A stretch of 64,000 nt of DNA from Blastocatellia bacterium (GCA_035275345.1 DATEMY010000358.1:8314-72313); one strand, 5' to 3'. Positions 31,313 to 41,596 are shown, numbered from the stretch's first letter. The notes: a model not told the origin generated them from the letters alone. Numbers and translations: made by a program.

Positions 31313-32008
31313 ATGAAAATGAGCAACCTGTCAGAAGATTTCTCGAAGACCTTTTATCCGTTCCTCCACGAAGGCGCCAATCGTGGCGACGGCCACAATA
31401 GTTTGATGGATGAGTTGGGATACGCGCTCGTCGCGAAAGCCCGCGAGAGCGCCGAGGTCAAGACGCGTTTCTTTGAAGAGAACATGGAGACAATTTTGCG
31501 GGCCACGCTGGCGATGGCGCGCGCATTCAATGGCGGAGGCAAACTGCTGGTTTGCGGCAACGGGGGGAGCGCGACTGACGCCGGGCATGTCGCCACCGAA
31601 TTCATGCACCCGATTACCGTCGGTCGCCGCGCGCTGCCCGCGATCTCGCTCACGAACGACGCCTCGACGATGACCGCGGTGGCCAACGATGTCAGCTTCG
31701 CCGACGTCTTCTCGCGGCAGATCATCGCGCTCGGCAAGACTGGAGACATGCTGCTGGGCGTTTCGACCAGCGGCAATTCCGAAAACCTGTTGCGCGCGTT
31801 CGAGACCGCGAAGCGGATGGGATTAATCACGATCGGTTATGCGGGCGGCGATGGCGGCAGGATGGTCTCGAGCGACAGGGTGGATTACTGCCTGACGGTC
31901 CCGACCACCAGCGTCCATCGCGTGCAGGAAACGCAGGTCACGCTCTATCACGTGATGTGGGATCTGGTTCACGAACTGCTTGGGCGCGCTTCCCCGCTGG
32001 CTGGTTGA
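31313..32008 (+). CDS. gmhA: SIS-domain protein, GmhA (phosphoheptose isomerase)-like, embedded in the hyp operon
   Basis: LLVCGNGGSATDAGH and GVSTSGNS motifs of the GmhA/DiaA SIS family. ATG at 31313 after AAGGAGGG. Confidence 0.7.
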   Translation: MKMSNLSEDFSKTFYPFLHEGANRGDGHNSLMDELGYALVAKARESAEVKTRFFEENMETILRATLAMARAFNGGGKLLVCGNGGSATDAGHVATEFMHPITVGRRALPAISLTNDASTMTAVANDVSFADVFSRQIIALGKTGDMLLGVSTSGNSENLLRAFETAKRMGLITIGYAGGDGGRMVSSDRVDYCLTVPTTSVHRVQETQVTLYHVMWDLVHELLGRASPLAG

Positions 32009-32042
32009 AGGCGCAGAGCCATTGGCTCGAAGAGGATGAGTT

Positions 32043-33182
32043 ATGAAACACATCGACGAATATCGCGCGGGCGAGATCGCCGGACGGCTGGCCGAGGAAA
32101 TCGCCCGGCTCTCGGCCCGGATAAGCGATCCGCCGCTCAAGCTGATGGAGGTTTGTGGCGGCCACACTCACACGATCTTCAAATACGGCATTGAAGATCT
32201 GCTGCCGCCGAACATCCAGATGATTCACGGGCCGGGTTGTCCGGTGTGCGTCATTCCGCTGGGCCGCGTGGATGACGCGCTGGCCATCGCCAAACGCGAA
32301 GGCGTCATTTTCACCACCTTCGGCGATATGATGCGCGTGCCCGGATCAAAGACGAGCCTGCTGCAGGCGAAGGCCGAAGGCGCCGACGTACGGATTGTCT
32401 ATTCGCCGCTCGACGCATTGAAGCTGGCGAAGCGGAACCCTGATCGTGATGTGGTCTTTCTGGCGCTCGGTTTTGAAACCACCGCGCCTTCGACCGCGCT
32501 GACCGTGGTGGCGGCGGCGAAAGAGGGCGTCGGGAATTTCAGCGTCTTTTGCAACCACATCATGATTGTGCCGGCGTTGAAGGCGCTGCTCGATTCGCCC
32601 GACCTGAGGCTGGACGGCTTCGTCGGGCCTGGACATGTCAGTACGGTCATCGGCGCGCTCGTTTACGAGTTCGTGCCGCGCGAGTATGGCAAGCCGCTGG
32701 TCGTTTCGGGCTTCGAGCCGCTCGACGTTCTGCAATCGGTGGCGATGATTATCAAACAGATTGTCGAATCCCGAGCCGAGGTCGAAAACCAATACGCGCG
32801 CTGTGTCCCGCGCGACGGCAACGCGAACGCGCTGGCGGCGATCCGCGAGGTCTTCGAAGTCCGCGATTATTTCGAGTGGCGCGGCCTGGGATCGATCGCG
32901 CGCAGCGGGTTGAAGTTGAGAAAGGAATACAGCCGGTTCGACGCCGAGTCGCGCTTCGCCGCGCCGGGATTGCGGATCGCCGATCCGAAGGCTTGCCAGT
33001 GCGGCGAGATTTTGAAAGGCGTAAAGAAACCGTGGGAGTGTAAGGTCTTCGGCACGGCTTGCACGCCGGAAACACCGATCGGCTCCTGCATGGTCTCGTC
33101 CGAAGGCGCATGCGCGGCCTATTACAATTTCGGACGGTTGTCGAAGGCGGCCGAGCGGTCGGCGGCGGTAGCCAGGCCGTGA
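32043..33182 (+). CDS. hypD: HypD (second copy)
   Basis: CGGHTHT, GPGCPVC and other HypD motifs; 379 aa. Confidence 0.9.
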   Translation: MKHIDEYRAGEIAGRLAEEIARLSARISDPPLKLMEVCGGHTHTIFKYGIEDLLPPNIQMIHGPGCPVCVIPLGRVDDALAIAKREGVIFTTFGDMMRVPGSKTSLLQAKAEGADVRIVYSPLDALKLAKRNPDRDVVFLALGFETTAPSTALTVVAAAKEGVGNFSVFCNHIMIVPALKALLDSPDLRLDGFVGPGHVSTVIGALVYEFVPREYGKPLVVSGFEPLDVLQSVAMIIKQIVESRAEVENQYARCVPRDGNANALAAIREVFEVRDYFEWRGLGSIARSGLKLRKEYSRFDAESRFAAPGLRIADPKACQCGEILKGVKKPWECKVFGTACTPETPIGSCMVSSEGACAAYYNFGRLSKAAERSAAVARP

Positions 33183-33251
33183 AGGAGGGCGTAGGCGGCG
33201 CATACACGCTCTTCCTCGCGGTCGGGCTGCCGACACATCGAGCAAACAAAC

Positions 33252-34337
33252 ATGGAATTCACCACTTCACCACTCTTCGAACGCGTCGAACGCGCGCGGC
33301 GAAGAAAACCGAGAGTAATAGATGAATTCATCACGCTCGCGCACGGCAGCGGCGGCAAGGCTATGCATGAGCTGGTTGAAGGGCTCTTTCTCGAATACTT
33401 CCGCAACCCACTGCTCGAAAAGTTGGAAGATCAGGCTGTGTTTGAAATTGCGGGCGATTGCCGCGCGTCGCGCCTCGCTTTTACAACGGATTCATACGTC
33501 GTCACGCCGCTCTTCTTTCCTGGCGGGGATATCGGCCGCCTGGCCGTTTGCGGCGCGGTCAACGACCTGGCGATGAGCGGCGCGCGTCCGCTCTACCTCT
33601 CAGCAGGTTTCATCATCGAGGAAGGGTTTCCGATCGCCGACCTCAAACGCGTTCTGCAATCAATGCGCGACGCGGCGGAAGAAGCCGGCGCGCGGATCGT
33701 CACCGGCGACACCAAGGTTGTGCAACGAGGAGGCGCGGACAAGCTATTCATCAACACGGCGGGAATAGGCGTGATTGAACACGACGCTCGTATCTCGGCC
33801 GCGAACGTCCGCCCGGGCGACAAAATCATTCTGAGCGGCGCGATGGGCGATCACGGCGCGACGATTATGATCGCGCGCGGCGAGTTGGGACTGGAGACCA
33901 ACCTCTGCAGCGATGTCGCGCCGCTCTGGTCGCTGGTCGAAACGATGCTCGACGCGCCGACCGGGATTCACGCGATGCGCGACCCGACGCGCGGCGGCGT
34001 AGCGACGACGCTGAACGAGATCGCGCTCGCTTCCGAAGTCTGCCTGATAATTGACGAGCGGGCTTTGCCGGTGCGCGATGAAGTCAAAGGCGCATGCGAA
34101 ATCCTGGGACTCGACCCGCTTTACATCGGCAATGAAGGCAAGCTGGTGGCCATGGCAGCGGCTGAGGCCGCAGATCGGATCGTCGAGCGGATGCGCCAAC
34201 ACCCTCTGGGCCGCGAGGCGCGAGTCATCGGCGAGGCGCAGGCCGAACCGATGGGCATCGTCGTTCTGAAAACTGGCTTCGGCGGGACGCGGATCGTTGA
34301 TATGCTCGCCGGCGAGCAACTGCCGCGCATATGCTGA
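33252..34337 (+). CDS. hypE: HypE (second copy)
   Basis: PurM-like; ends in PRIC; 361 aa. Confidence 0.9.
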   Translation: MEFTTSPLFERVERARRRKPRVIDEFITLAHGSGGKAMHELVEGLFLEYFRNPLLEKLEDQAVFEIAGDCRASRLAFTTDSYVVTPLFFPGGDIGRLAVCGAVNDLAMSGARPLYLSAGFIIEEGFPIADLKRVLQSMRDAAEEAGARIVTGDTKVVQRGGADKLFINTAGIGVIEHDARISAANVRPGDKIILSGAMGDHGATIMIARGELGLETNLCSDVAPLWSLVETMLDAPTGIHAMRDPTRGGVATTLNEIALASEVCLIIDERALPVRDEVKGACEILGLDPLYIGNEGKLVAMAAAEAADRIVERMRQHPLGREARVIGEAQAEPMGIVVLKTGFGGTRIVDMLAGEQLPRIC

Positions 34338-34384
34338 AATTCGTTCAACCTGCCTGGCCGAATTTAACCATATGCGTTGACGGC

Positions 34385-35476
34385 TTAAGGCGCGCTCGCA
34401 AAGGGCAATTGTTGGTCGGCCCAAACCACTTGAAAACCGCCGTTATCGTCAACGATGACGAGCGCCTTTCTGCCGCCGATCGTGCCGCGCGTGACACCTT
34501 CGGGCTTCATCTTTTTAGCGAAGGCTATGTCAAACCGTCGAACCGCGCTCCCCGAATCCCCGCTCCACTCGTAGAGCGCGAACGGAGACTTCGAGTCGCT
34601 GATTGATTTACCGATAATGACGAGAAACGCGTCACGATCTGGCTCGTTAAAGAAGCCACGAATCCCTTGCTCACCGAGGGGGGCGCCAACCGAGAGCTGA
34701 ATTGGCGGCTGGGCTTCCAGATTGTCCGTCGTCCACGGCCCGGCCAGGTCTTTAACTCTGACGGGCAAGACTAGCGGCTTTCCGTCCGGCGTCGGGGTAC
34801 GCACGCCGAAGAGGAAGGCATGGCGGCGCTTATCCCAGGTGAAGCCCTCAATGTTAAGCCCCCCATCGTCGGGTTTAATCTGTGCGGCGACGGCGAGCTG
34901 AGGGTAGGCGCTGATGAGCCATGCGCGGAAGCCCGGCATATTTTCGGCGCTCAGCGTGTCATCCGGGTTGACGGTCACGCGCAAGACCCCGCTCGGGGGG
35001 ACATCCAACACCTCTTTCTTAGCCTTCTTGACGTATAGTGACGAGGTGACAAATACGTAGCGGCGCCCGTTCTCCTCGACGAGCGTCATGTCTTCCAGGT
35101 CATCAACCGCGCCGGGCGCGAGTCCTTGCAGCGGTCGCCGGATCAACGGCCCTTTCTTCTGCCCGTCGTTTGTCAGGTCTAGCTCGAACAGCGCGTCATT
35201 TGTATTGTTATCGCAGATGAGGAAGCGGGCGTCGGCGAGTTGGACAATGCCCGAAGCGTTGTATTCGTCTTTCACGTTTACCTCGCCGAAGGGGATGGAG
35301 TCCACTGTCAACGCCGCCGGCGCGACAGAACTCAGGCCGCCGGCGCCTGAACCGGCAGGCTTTGAACACCCTGCGGCCAACGAAACGCAGAGCATGGCGA
35401 GCAGCGCCCGTGTAATAAAACCGCAAGTCGCCTGACCTGAGATTGCCCGATTAAAGAGCTTCAAGCACATTCCCAT
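34385..35476 (-). CDS. Hypothetical lipoprotein (signal peptide + lipobox LAAGC)
   Basis: 363 aa; N-terminal hydrophobic segment followed by AAGCSKP. No catalytic motif recognised. Confidence 0.4.
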   Translation of the reverse strand: MGMCLKLFNRAISGQATCGFITRALLAMLCVSLAAGCSKPAGSGAGGLSSVAPAALTVDSIPFGEVNVKDEYNASGIVQLADARFLICDNNTNDALFELDLTNDGQKKGPLIRRPLQGLAPGAVDDLEDMTLVEENGRRYVFVTSSLYVKKAKKEVLDVPPSGVLRVTVNPDDTLSAENMPGFRAWLISAYPQLAVAAQIKPDDGGLNIEGFTWDKRRHAFLFGVRTPTPDGKPLVLPVRVKDLAGPWTTDNLEAQPPIQLSVGAPLGEQGIRGFFNEPDRDAFLVIIGKSISDSKSPFALYEWSGDSGSAVRRFDIAFAKKMKPEGVTRGTIGGRKALVIVDDNGGFQVVWADQQLPFASAP

Positions 35477-35589
35477 TTTTACTCCTCTTATGATGAACCA
35501 AGGGGCAGCAGTTTATGATGAACCAAGGGGCAGCAGTCTGAATCTGTAGTAACAATAATGCCAACGCCTGTGAAGCGCGAAAAGCAGCT

Positions 35590-38388
35590 TTAATTTCCGG
35601 GGGGCCTCTGGTTCGGGCGCTGGGCGCCGGGCTCTCGACCTGACGGGGACGCATCCTGAGGCGGGAATTCCGCCGGCAGGTGGTCGCCTACCATGCCGAG
35701 AGAGATGATTGTCGTGAGGCCATTCTGCGCCGCCCCGTTGGTCCCCGCCAGGCCAGACTCATCGACAGGTTTCAGTGATTCCGGCCCCTCCACCCTTTTG
35801 ATGGCTTCGTTTCGTCTGCCCCGGCCGCTGGCGAGCAGCGAATTCACGCCCACTTTCATAAATGCCGGGTTCTTCGTTTTCAGATAAACGAAGGAGGCCA
35901 GGCGGCCGTCGCGGAGATAGGAGGCGTCACCGCCCTCGGTTCCCGTAGTCATGTCCTTAACGACGACTTCCCTGGGCGCATTATAGAGCCTGCAGTATTG
36001 TAGCCAGAGCTTCCGCCATCGCTCGTCGTCAAACATCAGGTCGAGTTCGAAGACCACTTCGGCCCCGCCCATGTTCGTCACCAGATTATACTGCCCCACC
36101 TCGTCCGACAGTTGATAGAGTTTACCGGTCGCCGGGTCGTAGCCATACAGGAGATTCTTCCCGCTGCGCACGCCGAACGGCATGCGGGCGAGACTCCCGA
36201 CGCCCTCGAGGATCTTGTCACGCCACTTCGTATCGCCCGTGCGCTCCCATTCGGTCATCCAATTGCCGACGAAGGCCAGCCAGTCGGGGCCGAAGCGGAC
36301 GCGGGTCGGATATTTCTTCTCGGCTTCGGTGATCGGCTGGGCTATTCGCATTGGGTCATATTCCGTGACCTTGTAATCAACGTTAATGACCTCGCGCATA
36401 ATGTCGCCGGTACGTTCGTCTGTGGTCAGGTAATGATAGAAGCGGCGGTATGCGGCCTGGCTGATGCGGGCCTCCTTGGCGCCGCAACCCCAGTGCCGCA
36501 CGTTGTGGCGGGAACCCAGCCCCGCGAACTTGCCCAAATGATAGGTGTCCACTTCGCTGGTGTGCCGCGTCATCGCTTCGGCCATGCGGAAGACGTCGGC
36601 GCGACCCGTCCGTAGGAAGCTATACCAGAGCCACATGTCCGTGCCCAACTCGGCGTTGTCCCACGCCATCCCGCCCAGATCGTAGCGCCAGACGTGGCGT
36701 TCGTTGTCGTAGGAGTGCATCACGTCGCCGTAATCCCAGAACCCGTACCAGTTGTGCTGGTCAACCTGCTTTAAGTAAAAGTCGAGCGTGGCCGCGAGCC
36801 TCTCTTCAATCACGCGTTTCACCGAAGTTGACCGGTCCTCCAGTCCCCATACGCCGAAGGCCCGGGCCGAATGCAGGTATTGCGACGAGCAGACCAGCAG
36901 CGGCGGCTCGGCGCCGGCCCGCGCCATCTTCGCCGTCTCCTCTTTGGACGGGACGGCGGCGGTCGCAAACAGCGTCATCTCACTGGTGCGCGCAACGCCG
37001 TGCGATGTGCTGAAACCGGGCTGCACGTCCTCGTAAACGGCTTCGAGGCCGTGCGGGCGGGTGTCGTAGTGTCGCATATCCATGCCCGGCGCTTCAGGCG
37101 ACCACATCCAGACGATCAACTCCCCTGCGCCACCGGACGCCTTCTGCACTTCGAGCGACGCCGGGTATGACTGCCAGAAATTCTTCAGGCTCGCCGCCAG
37201 CCCGCCGCTCACGTCACCCGCGAAGACCAGCCCCGAAGCGCGCTTGCCTGCCCCGGCCGGTATCCAGGCGCTTTCAGGGCCGGTTCGTTTGAGAGTCGTA
37301 AACCCGTCGGCGTTTGGCTGGACCAGCTTGAAATCATCCCACATCGCCCAATCGGCCAGCAGGCTCTGGCCGCGCGCGTTGTAGGCCTCCTTGTTGGGGA
37401 CGCGCTTGCCGGCGACCTGATCCGGATAGACGTCGGCGCCAGTCTGCGGATCGGCCACGAAGCGCCCACCGCGCCCGATCATCGGCTGAATAGGCTCTGC
37501 CCACAGGCCAGAGCCCTCGCCCGAAAAGCGCACGTGGCGATTGTGAACCTGCTCGCGCATCGGGACCGAGAAGATAACGCCAAGCCCGCGGATGAAGTCT
37601 TTACTCTCATCGCCGTCGTAGACGACGGTGTGGACCAGGCGAACCGACTCTTGCCCGGCGTAGAAATACATACGGACTACGAACGGCAGCCACTCTCGAT
37701 TGCTCTTCGACCCCCGATGTTTGCCTTCGATCTTCGCTACTGCGCGCACCGGGCCGGATTGCTCCATCGTCACTTTCTCGACTTTGGTCGAATATTTCTC
37801 ACGCGGCGGGGCGTTCTCAGCGCCGCCGTCGGGGCCGTCCTGCAGGATACATACGAGTCGCCCGTGTCGCGCCACCTCTCTGCCGTCAATCGCCATAGAT
37901 TCGATGAGACTGGCGCCCCACATTGGAATGCGGATCTTCAATCGTCCTGTATCTATTTCAAATGTTGTGTCGCTCTGTCTGACTTGCACGACCGACCCTG
38001 ACGTGGACGCCGCAGTATTGCCCAGTGAGAGCCTGAGTGAACCTGCGGTCTCCGGACCGGCCACAGTGGCGAAGCCGGACCACTTGACCGAGCCGTCCGG
38101 CCACCAGGCGAGAGGCCACGACTGCAGTGGCAAACTCTTCCCGCCGGCTGTGGTCAGGGTGAATGCCTGGTCTTTCCGCACTTTGCCACGAGGCCACGGC
38201 GTCCCCCAACTGACGCCCATCGGCGCCAGTGGCGGCTTATCTCCCAGCCATTTCAATTCGATGAATGAATCGGATTGCGCTGCGGCGCCCAAGGCGCAAC
38301 ACACGACTAGAATGGACGGCAGAGTTATCGATGCAAGCCGCTTACGAAGCCGGTCTGCGACGGCATTTAAGGTCAATCCCGTTTTCAT
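35590..38388 (-). CDS. Large secreted hypothetical protein (about 930 aa), possibly carbohydrate-active (unassigned family)
   Basis: Start proposed at the internal Met giving MKTGLTLNAVADRLRKRLASITLPSILVVCCALGAAAQS signal peptide. The track ORF extends to 38451. Confidence 0.4.
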   Translation of the reverse strand: MKTGLTLNAVADRLRKRLASITLPSILVVCCALGAAAQSDSFIELKWLGDKPPLAPMGVSWGTPWPRGKVRKDQAFTLTTAGGKSLPLQSWPLAWWPDGSVKWSGFATVAGPETAGSLRLSLGNTAASTSGSVVQVRQSDTTFEIDTGRLKIRIPMWGASLIESMAIDGREVARHGRLVCILQDGPDGGAENAPPREKYSTKVEKVTMEQSGPVRAVAKIEGKHRGSKSNREWLPFVVRMYFYAGQESVRLVHTVVYDGDESKDFIRGLGVIFSVPMREQVHNRHVRFSGEGSGLWAEPIQPMIGRGGRFVADPQTGADVYPDQVAGKRVPNKEAYNARGQSLLADWAMWDDFKLVQPNADGFTTLKRTGPESAWIPAGAGKRASGLVFAGDVSGGLAASLKNFWQSYPASLEVQKASGGAGELIVWMWSPEAPGMDMRHYDTRPHGLEAVYEDVQPGFSTSHGVARTSEMTLFATAAVPSKEETAKMARAGAEPPLLVCSSQYLHSARAFGVWGLEDRSTSVKRVIEERLAATLDFYLKQVDQHNWYGFWDYGDVMHSYDNERHVWRYDLGGMAWDNAELGTDMWLWYSFLRTGRADVFRMAEAMTRHTSEVDTYHLGKFAGLGSRHNVRHWGCGAKEARISQAAYRRFYHYLTTDERTGDIMREVINVDYKVTEYDPMRIAQPITEAEKKYPTRVRFGPDWLAFVGNWMTEWERTGDTKWRDKILEGVGSLARMPFGVRSGKNLLYGYDPATGKLYQLSDEVGQYNLVTNMGGAEVVFELDLMFDDERWRKLWLQYCRLYNAPREVVVKDMTTGTEGGDASYLRDGRLASFVYLKTKNPAFMKVGVNSLLASGRGRRNEAIKRVEGPESLKPVDESGLAGTNGAAQNGLTTIISLGMVGDHLPAEFPPQDASPSGREPGAQRPNQRPPGN

Positions 38389-38404
38389 AGCATCCCTCAC
38401 CAGG

Positions 38405-39304
38405 TTATCGGGTTTGTTTGGCAGTAAGCTGCCACACTTTGAAGTTATCATAAGCCACCATCGCCACGCCTTCCATAGAGCGCAGTCCGATCCGCCCCGC
38501 CCCGTGCGAGCGTTCGGGATCGTCCCACCTGATGACGACCCTGCCGTTGATCTCTACTTCGATATGCGCGCCGATCTTCAGAATGCGAATGCGATGCGTG
38601 ACGTCTGTCGGGCCGGTGGTCAGGCTCGGGCCTTCGGCCACCTGTTTGAACCCCGGATTCTTGCGGAAGCGGTTCGAGAGGCTTTCCGCCTCGTTGTTCC
38701 GGCTCCAGTAGGAATCGGTGTAGTTTGCCACAGCGCCGCTGTGGTAGGCCTGGTATTCGGCTCTGCGCGGCGGCAGAGAAGGGTCGAATATGTCTTCGCC
38801 GTTTCGTCCGGCGGCGCAGAAGAGGACAATGGTCAGCCCGTTGGTAGATCCGCAGGGGTTCATCTCGAACTCGAGCAGGAAGTCAGCCGGAAATATGCGA
38901 CGGTTCCAGATCACCATATGTGAGCGACGGCCCGGCTCGACTGGACGTGGCCTGCCAGACGCGTCGAACGGCGACGGGGCCACAAGCAGCCTGCCATCGC
39001 GAACCACAGCGCCGCCCCAGCCCTCGGCAATCCACTCAGCGTCAGGCGCGGGCCTGGTTTTGCGCCGCCATACGGCGCCGGCCTGTTCAATCAGATCCTC
39101 TTCTTGAGCGATCTTCTGCGACCTGCCGAAGTCGTTTTCGTAAAATGGACGCAGGTCGTATCCCGAAAGATCAAGTTGCGCGGCTGCGCCAGCCGCAGTC
39201 TGCGTCGTGGCCGTCCGGGCGGCGCCGGTAACGCACAAGACCACGAAAAGAAAAACCGCGAGGGGACGCATTGCGCGCCGCCTGGCAGCGAAGTACAGGC
39301 TCAA
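38405..39304 (-). CDS. Secreted hypothetical protein, concanavalin-like/DUF1961-DUF1080-like fold suspected
   Basis: Signal peptide, then a domain ending FKVWQL reminiscent of DUF1080/DUF1961 glycosidase-like proteins. Adjacent to the large secreted protein. Confidence 0.35.
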   Translation of the reverse strand: MSLYFAARRRAMRPLAVFLFVVLCVTGAARTATTQTAAGAAAQLDLSGYDLRPFYENDFGRSQKIAQEEDLIEQAGAVWRRKTRPAPDAEWIAEGWGGAVVRDGRLLVAPSPFDASGRPRPVEPGRRSHMVIWNRRIFPADFLLEFEMNPCGSTNGLTIVLFCAAGRNGEDIFDPSLPPRRAEYQAYHSGAVANYTDSYWSRNNEAESLSNRFRKNPGFKQVAEGPSLTTGPTDVTHRIRILKIGAHIEVEINGRVVIRWDDPERSHGAGRIGLRSMEGVAMVAYDNFKVWQLTAKQTR

Positions 39305-39462
39305 GTCGACCTCCAGCGCATAAAAAAATTCCGCGACCGGTAATGATCCCGACTATCGCCTGGTTGTCAATGGCAATTCACTTTCGGCGTCAAAGTTCGG
39401 ATCGCCCAACGGGGGCTTCCGCGCCTGCCGCGCTTTTTCAATCTGTCATTCAATTTTGATCG

Positions 39463-40356
39463 TTAACGCGGGCCGCGCCCTTTCGCCTTCCCGGCGCCCT
39501 GTTGAAGTGAATGAAGGGACTTGAGAATCTCTTGCGCTATCTTAGCCGGCGTCTTGCCTGTGGTTTTGATCGTCAAATGCGATTCGGCGTAGAGCGGTTC
39601 GCGGCGCGCCAGCAGGCTTTTCAAATCGGTCATTACTGACGGACGGCTGAGCAGGCGCGGATTGCCTTTACGCTTCGTTCGTTTCATCAGCTCTTCGGGC
39701 GTTGCGCGCAGCCAGATGGTGAAGCATCGCTGTTTGACCAGGTTCCAGCTTTCAGGGTCGGTGACGACTGAGCCGCCCGGCGCAAACACGCCGCCATGTA
39801 AAGTGGCGAAGAGCCGCGCCAGCGCTTCGTGTTCAAGCGCGCGGTAGTAGTCCTCGCCGTGCGTGGCGAAGAGGTCTGCGAGCGGCATCCCGGCGGCCTC
39901 TTCGATCTCGTGGTCGAGTTCGACAAAGCCGGTCTTCAATCGCCTGGCCAGCAACGGCCCCACAGTGGATTTGCCCGCGCCGAGAATGCCGATCAACGCG
40001 ATGTAACGCGGCGGGGCGCCGCGGCCGTTTCTCTTAGCCAGCCATTGGCGCAACTCGCTCAGGTCTCCGTCGTCGCAGTCGGCGAGCGAACGCCAGACCT
40101 CGGCGCGCAGGCTGTGGTCGGTCTCGGGCGGCGGCAGCAGTTCCGGCAGCGCGCGTCCCAACGCCGACGCCGCCTGCGCCAGCCGGGCGACCGAGATGTT
40201 GCCCGTCCCAGCTTCGAGTTGATTGATAAAACGCGGCGAGAGCGACGCGCGTTCGGCAAATGCGCTGATGGTCAGGCCGGCCTCCAGCCGCAACGCGCGC
40301 ACGCGAGCGCCGAGGCTGACGAGCAAAGCTTCCTTCTCCTGCTGCTTTATTTTCAT
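39463..40356 (-). CDS. Fusion protein: XRE-family helix-turn-helix domain + shikimate kinase (AroK-like) domain
   Basis: N-terminal HTH (LGARVRALRLEAGLTISAFAERASLSPRFINQLEAG). C-terminal P-loop kinase IALIGILGAGKSTVG with AroK-like pattern. ATG (MKIKQQ) chosen; the track ORF continues to an upstream GTG at 40524. Confidence 0.6.
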   Translation of the reverse strand: MKIKQQEKEALLVSLGARVRALRLEAGLTISAFAERASLSPRFINQLEAGTGNISVARLAQAASALGRALPELLPPPETDHSLRAEVWRSLADCDDGDLSELRQWLAKRNGRGAPPRYIALIGILGAGKSTVGPLLARRLKTGFVELDHEIEEAAGMPLADLFATHGEDYYRALEHEALARLFATLHGGVFAPGGSVVTDPESWNLVKQRCFTIWLRATPEELMKRTKRKGNPRLLSRPSVMTDLKSLLARREPLYAESHLTIKTTGKTPAKIAQEILKSLHSLQQGAGKAKGRGPR

Positions 40357-40588
40357 ATAGCGCAGTATAGTGCGCGCAGCTTTTCTGTCAAACAGCAATA
40401 CATCGACAATACCGCCGCAGCGCCGAGGCGCAGTATAATGCGCTTGCAGGCTGGAAGAAGGAGGAGTATAGTGCGCAAGCCCTCCCTGGCTCGTTCGAGC
40501 GCCAAGATTTACAGAGAATTTCACCGGCGTGAGCTATAACCGGTAGATCGCGAAAATAGAATGAGGCGGACACTGTCCATAGCTGCTT

Positions 40589-41596
40589 ATGTCCTCCGTC
40601 ACAGTCGCCAATATTACGCCAAGAGCCATCCTCAATTTTTGCGCAACAAGAGGGGTGGCGCCAGAGAGGCTGCTCTCTGCGGTAGGGATCCCCAAGAATC
40701 TCATCGCGGCCCCGGACGGCAGAGTCCCTGTTCAACAAGTCTTTTCCCTGTGGGAAGAGGCCCAGAAACATAGCAATGACAGGTTGATTACGAGCCATAC
40801 CGTCGAGTTCTTGCCGTTCGGCGCCTATAAAATTATGGACTATTTGATAGCCGCCGGATCGACCCCGCGCGAAGGATTGAAAAAGTTCATCCGGAATTTC
40901 CGGCTCGTCAATGGAGCTTTTGAGTTGCAGTTCACCACTCAAAACGGGCAGCCCAGCCTTGAGCTGCAAAATCCGTTCGATTCCGAAGAATCTTCGCGGC
41001 TCTACCTGGAGTTTATTTTTCTGGCAATTCAGTCGCGCCTCCGTTTTACGACCGGAGTGGATTGGCGGCCAGAGGAGGTCCATTTCATCCATCCTCCTCC
41101 TCACAATCGTCCCGACTATCATCAGGCGTTTCATTGCCCCGTTCGCTTCAATAAGGCGATGAATAGAATGCTGCTCAACGACCGCTCGCTTGACATCCCA
41201 CAGCTTCAGGCGGATCCGCTGCTCTGCGAGATGCTCGATCATCATGCGCAACGCCTGCTCAAGCAATTGCCGGTCGAGGACGATTTTCTGAGCGACCTGC
41301 GCAGCGCGTTATGCGAGGGGCTTTATCGCGGCGATGTTCGATTGAAAACAACGGCCAGGAAATTGGCGCTCAGTTACCGCGCTCTTCAGCGAAAACTCAA
41401 AGAGCAAGGAACTTCGTATCAAGAGGCGCTGGATCACCTGCGCCACGAACTCGCCGTTGATCTGTTAACGGAACGGCAGATAGAAATTGAGGAGATCTCC
41501 CACTTTCTCGGGTTCTCAGAGCCAAGTTCGTTTTACCGGGCTTTCCGAAGATGGACTGGTGAGACCCCTCAGGAATACCTCCGGCTGCCATCCTAA
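40589..41596 (+). CDS. AraC-family transcriptional regulator
   Basis: C-terminal AraC HTH (ISHFLGFSEPSSFYRAFRRWTGETPQEY). Divergent from the HTH-kinase gene. Confidence 0.75.
   Translation: MSSVTVANITPRAILNFCATRGVAPERLLSAVGIPKNLIAAPDGRVPVQQVFSLWEEAQKHSNDRLITSHTVEFLPFGAYKIMDYLIAAGSTPREGLKKFIRNFRLVNGAFELQFTTQNGQPSLELQNPFDSEESSRLYLEFIFLAIQSRLRFTTGVDWRPEEVHFIHPPPHNRPDYHQAFHCPVRFNKAMNRMLLNDRSLDIPQLQADPLLCEMLDHHAQRLLKQLPVEDDFLSDLRSALCEGLYRGDVRLKTTARKLALSYRALQRKLKEQGTSYQEALDHLRHELAVDLLTERQIEIEEISHFLGFSEPSSFYRAFRRWTGETPQEYLRLPS

Noticed and set aside
36112-38923. Plus-strand ORFs (36112-36615, 37534-38001, 37700-38923) opposite the large secreted-protein genes
   Set aside because: No RBS, no domains, and fully contained in the antisense of minus-strand ORFs that have signal peptides.
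39829-41266. ORFs 39829-40539 plus and 40388-41266 minus overlapping the HTH-kinase and AraC genes
   Set aside because: Antisense to ORFs with clear P-loop/HTH and AraC signatures.
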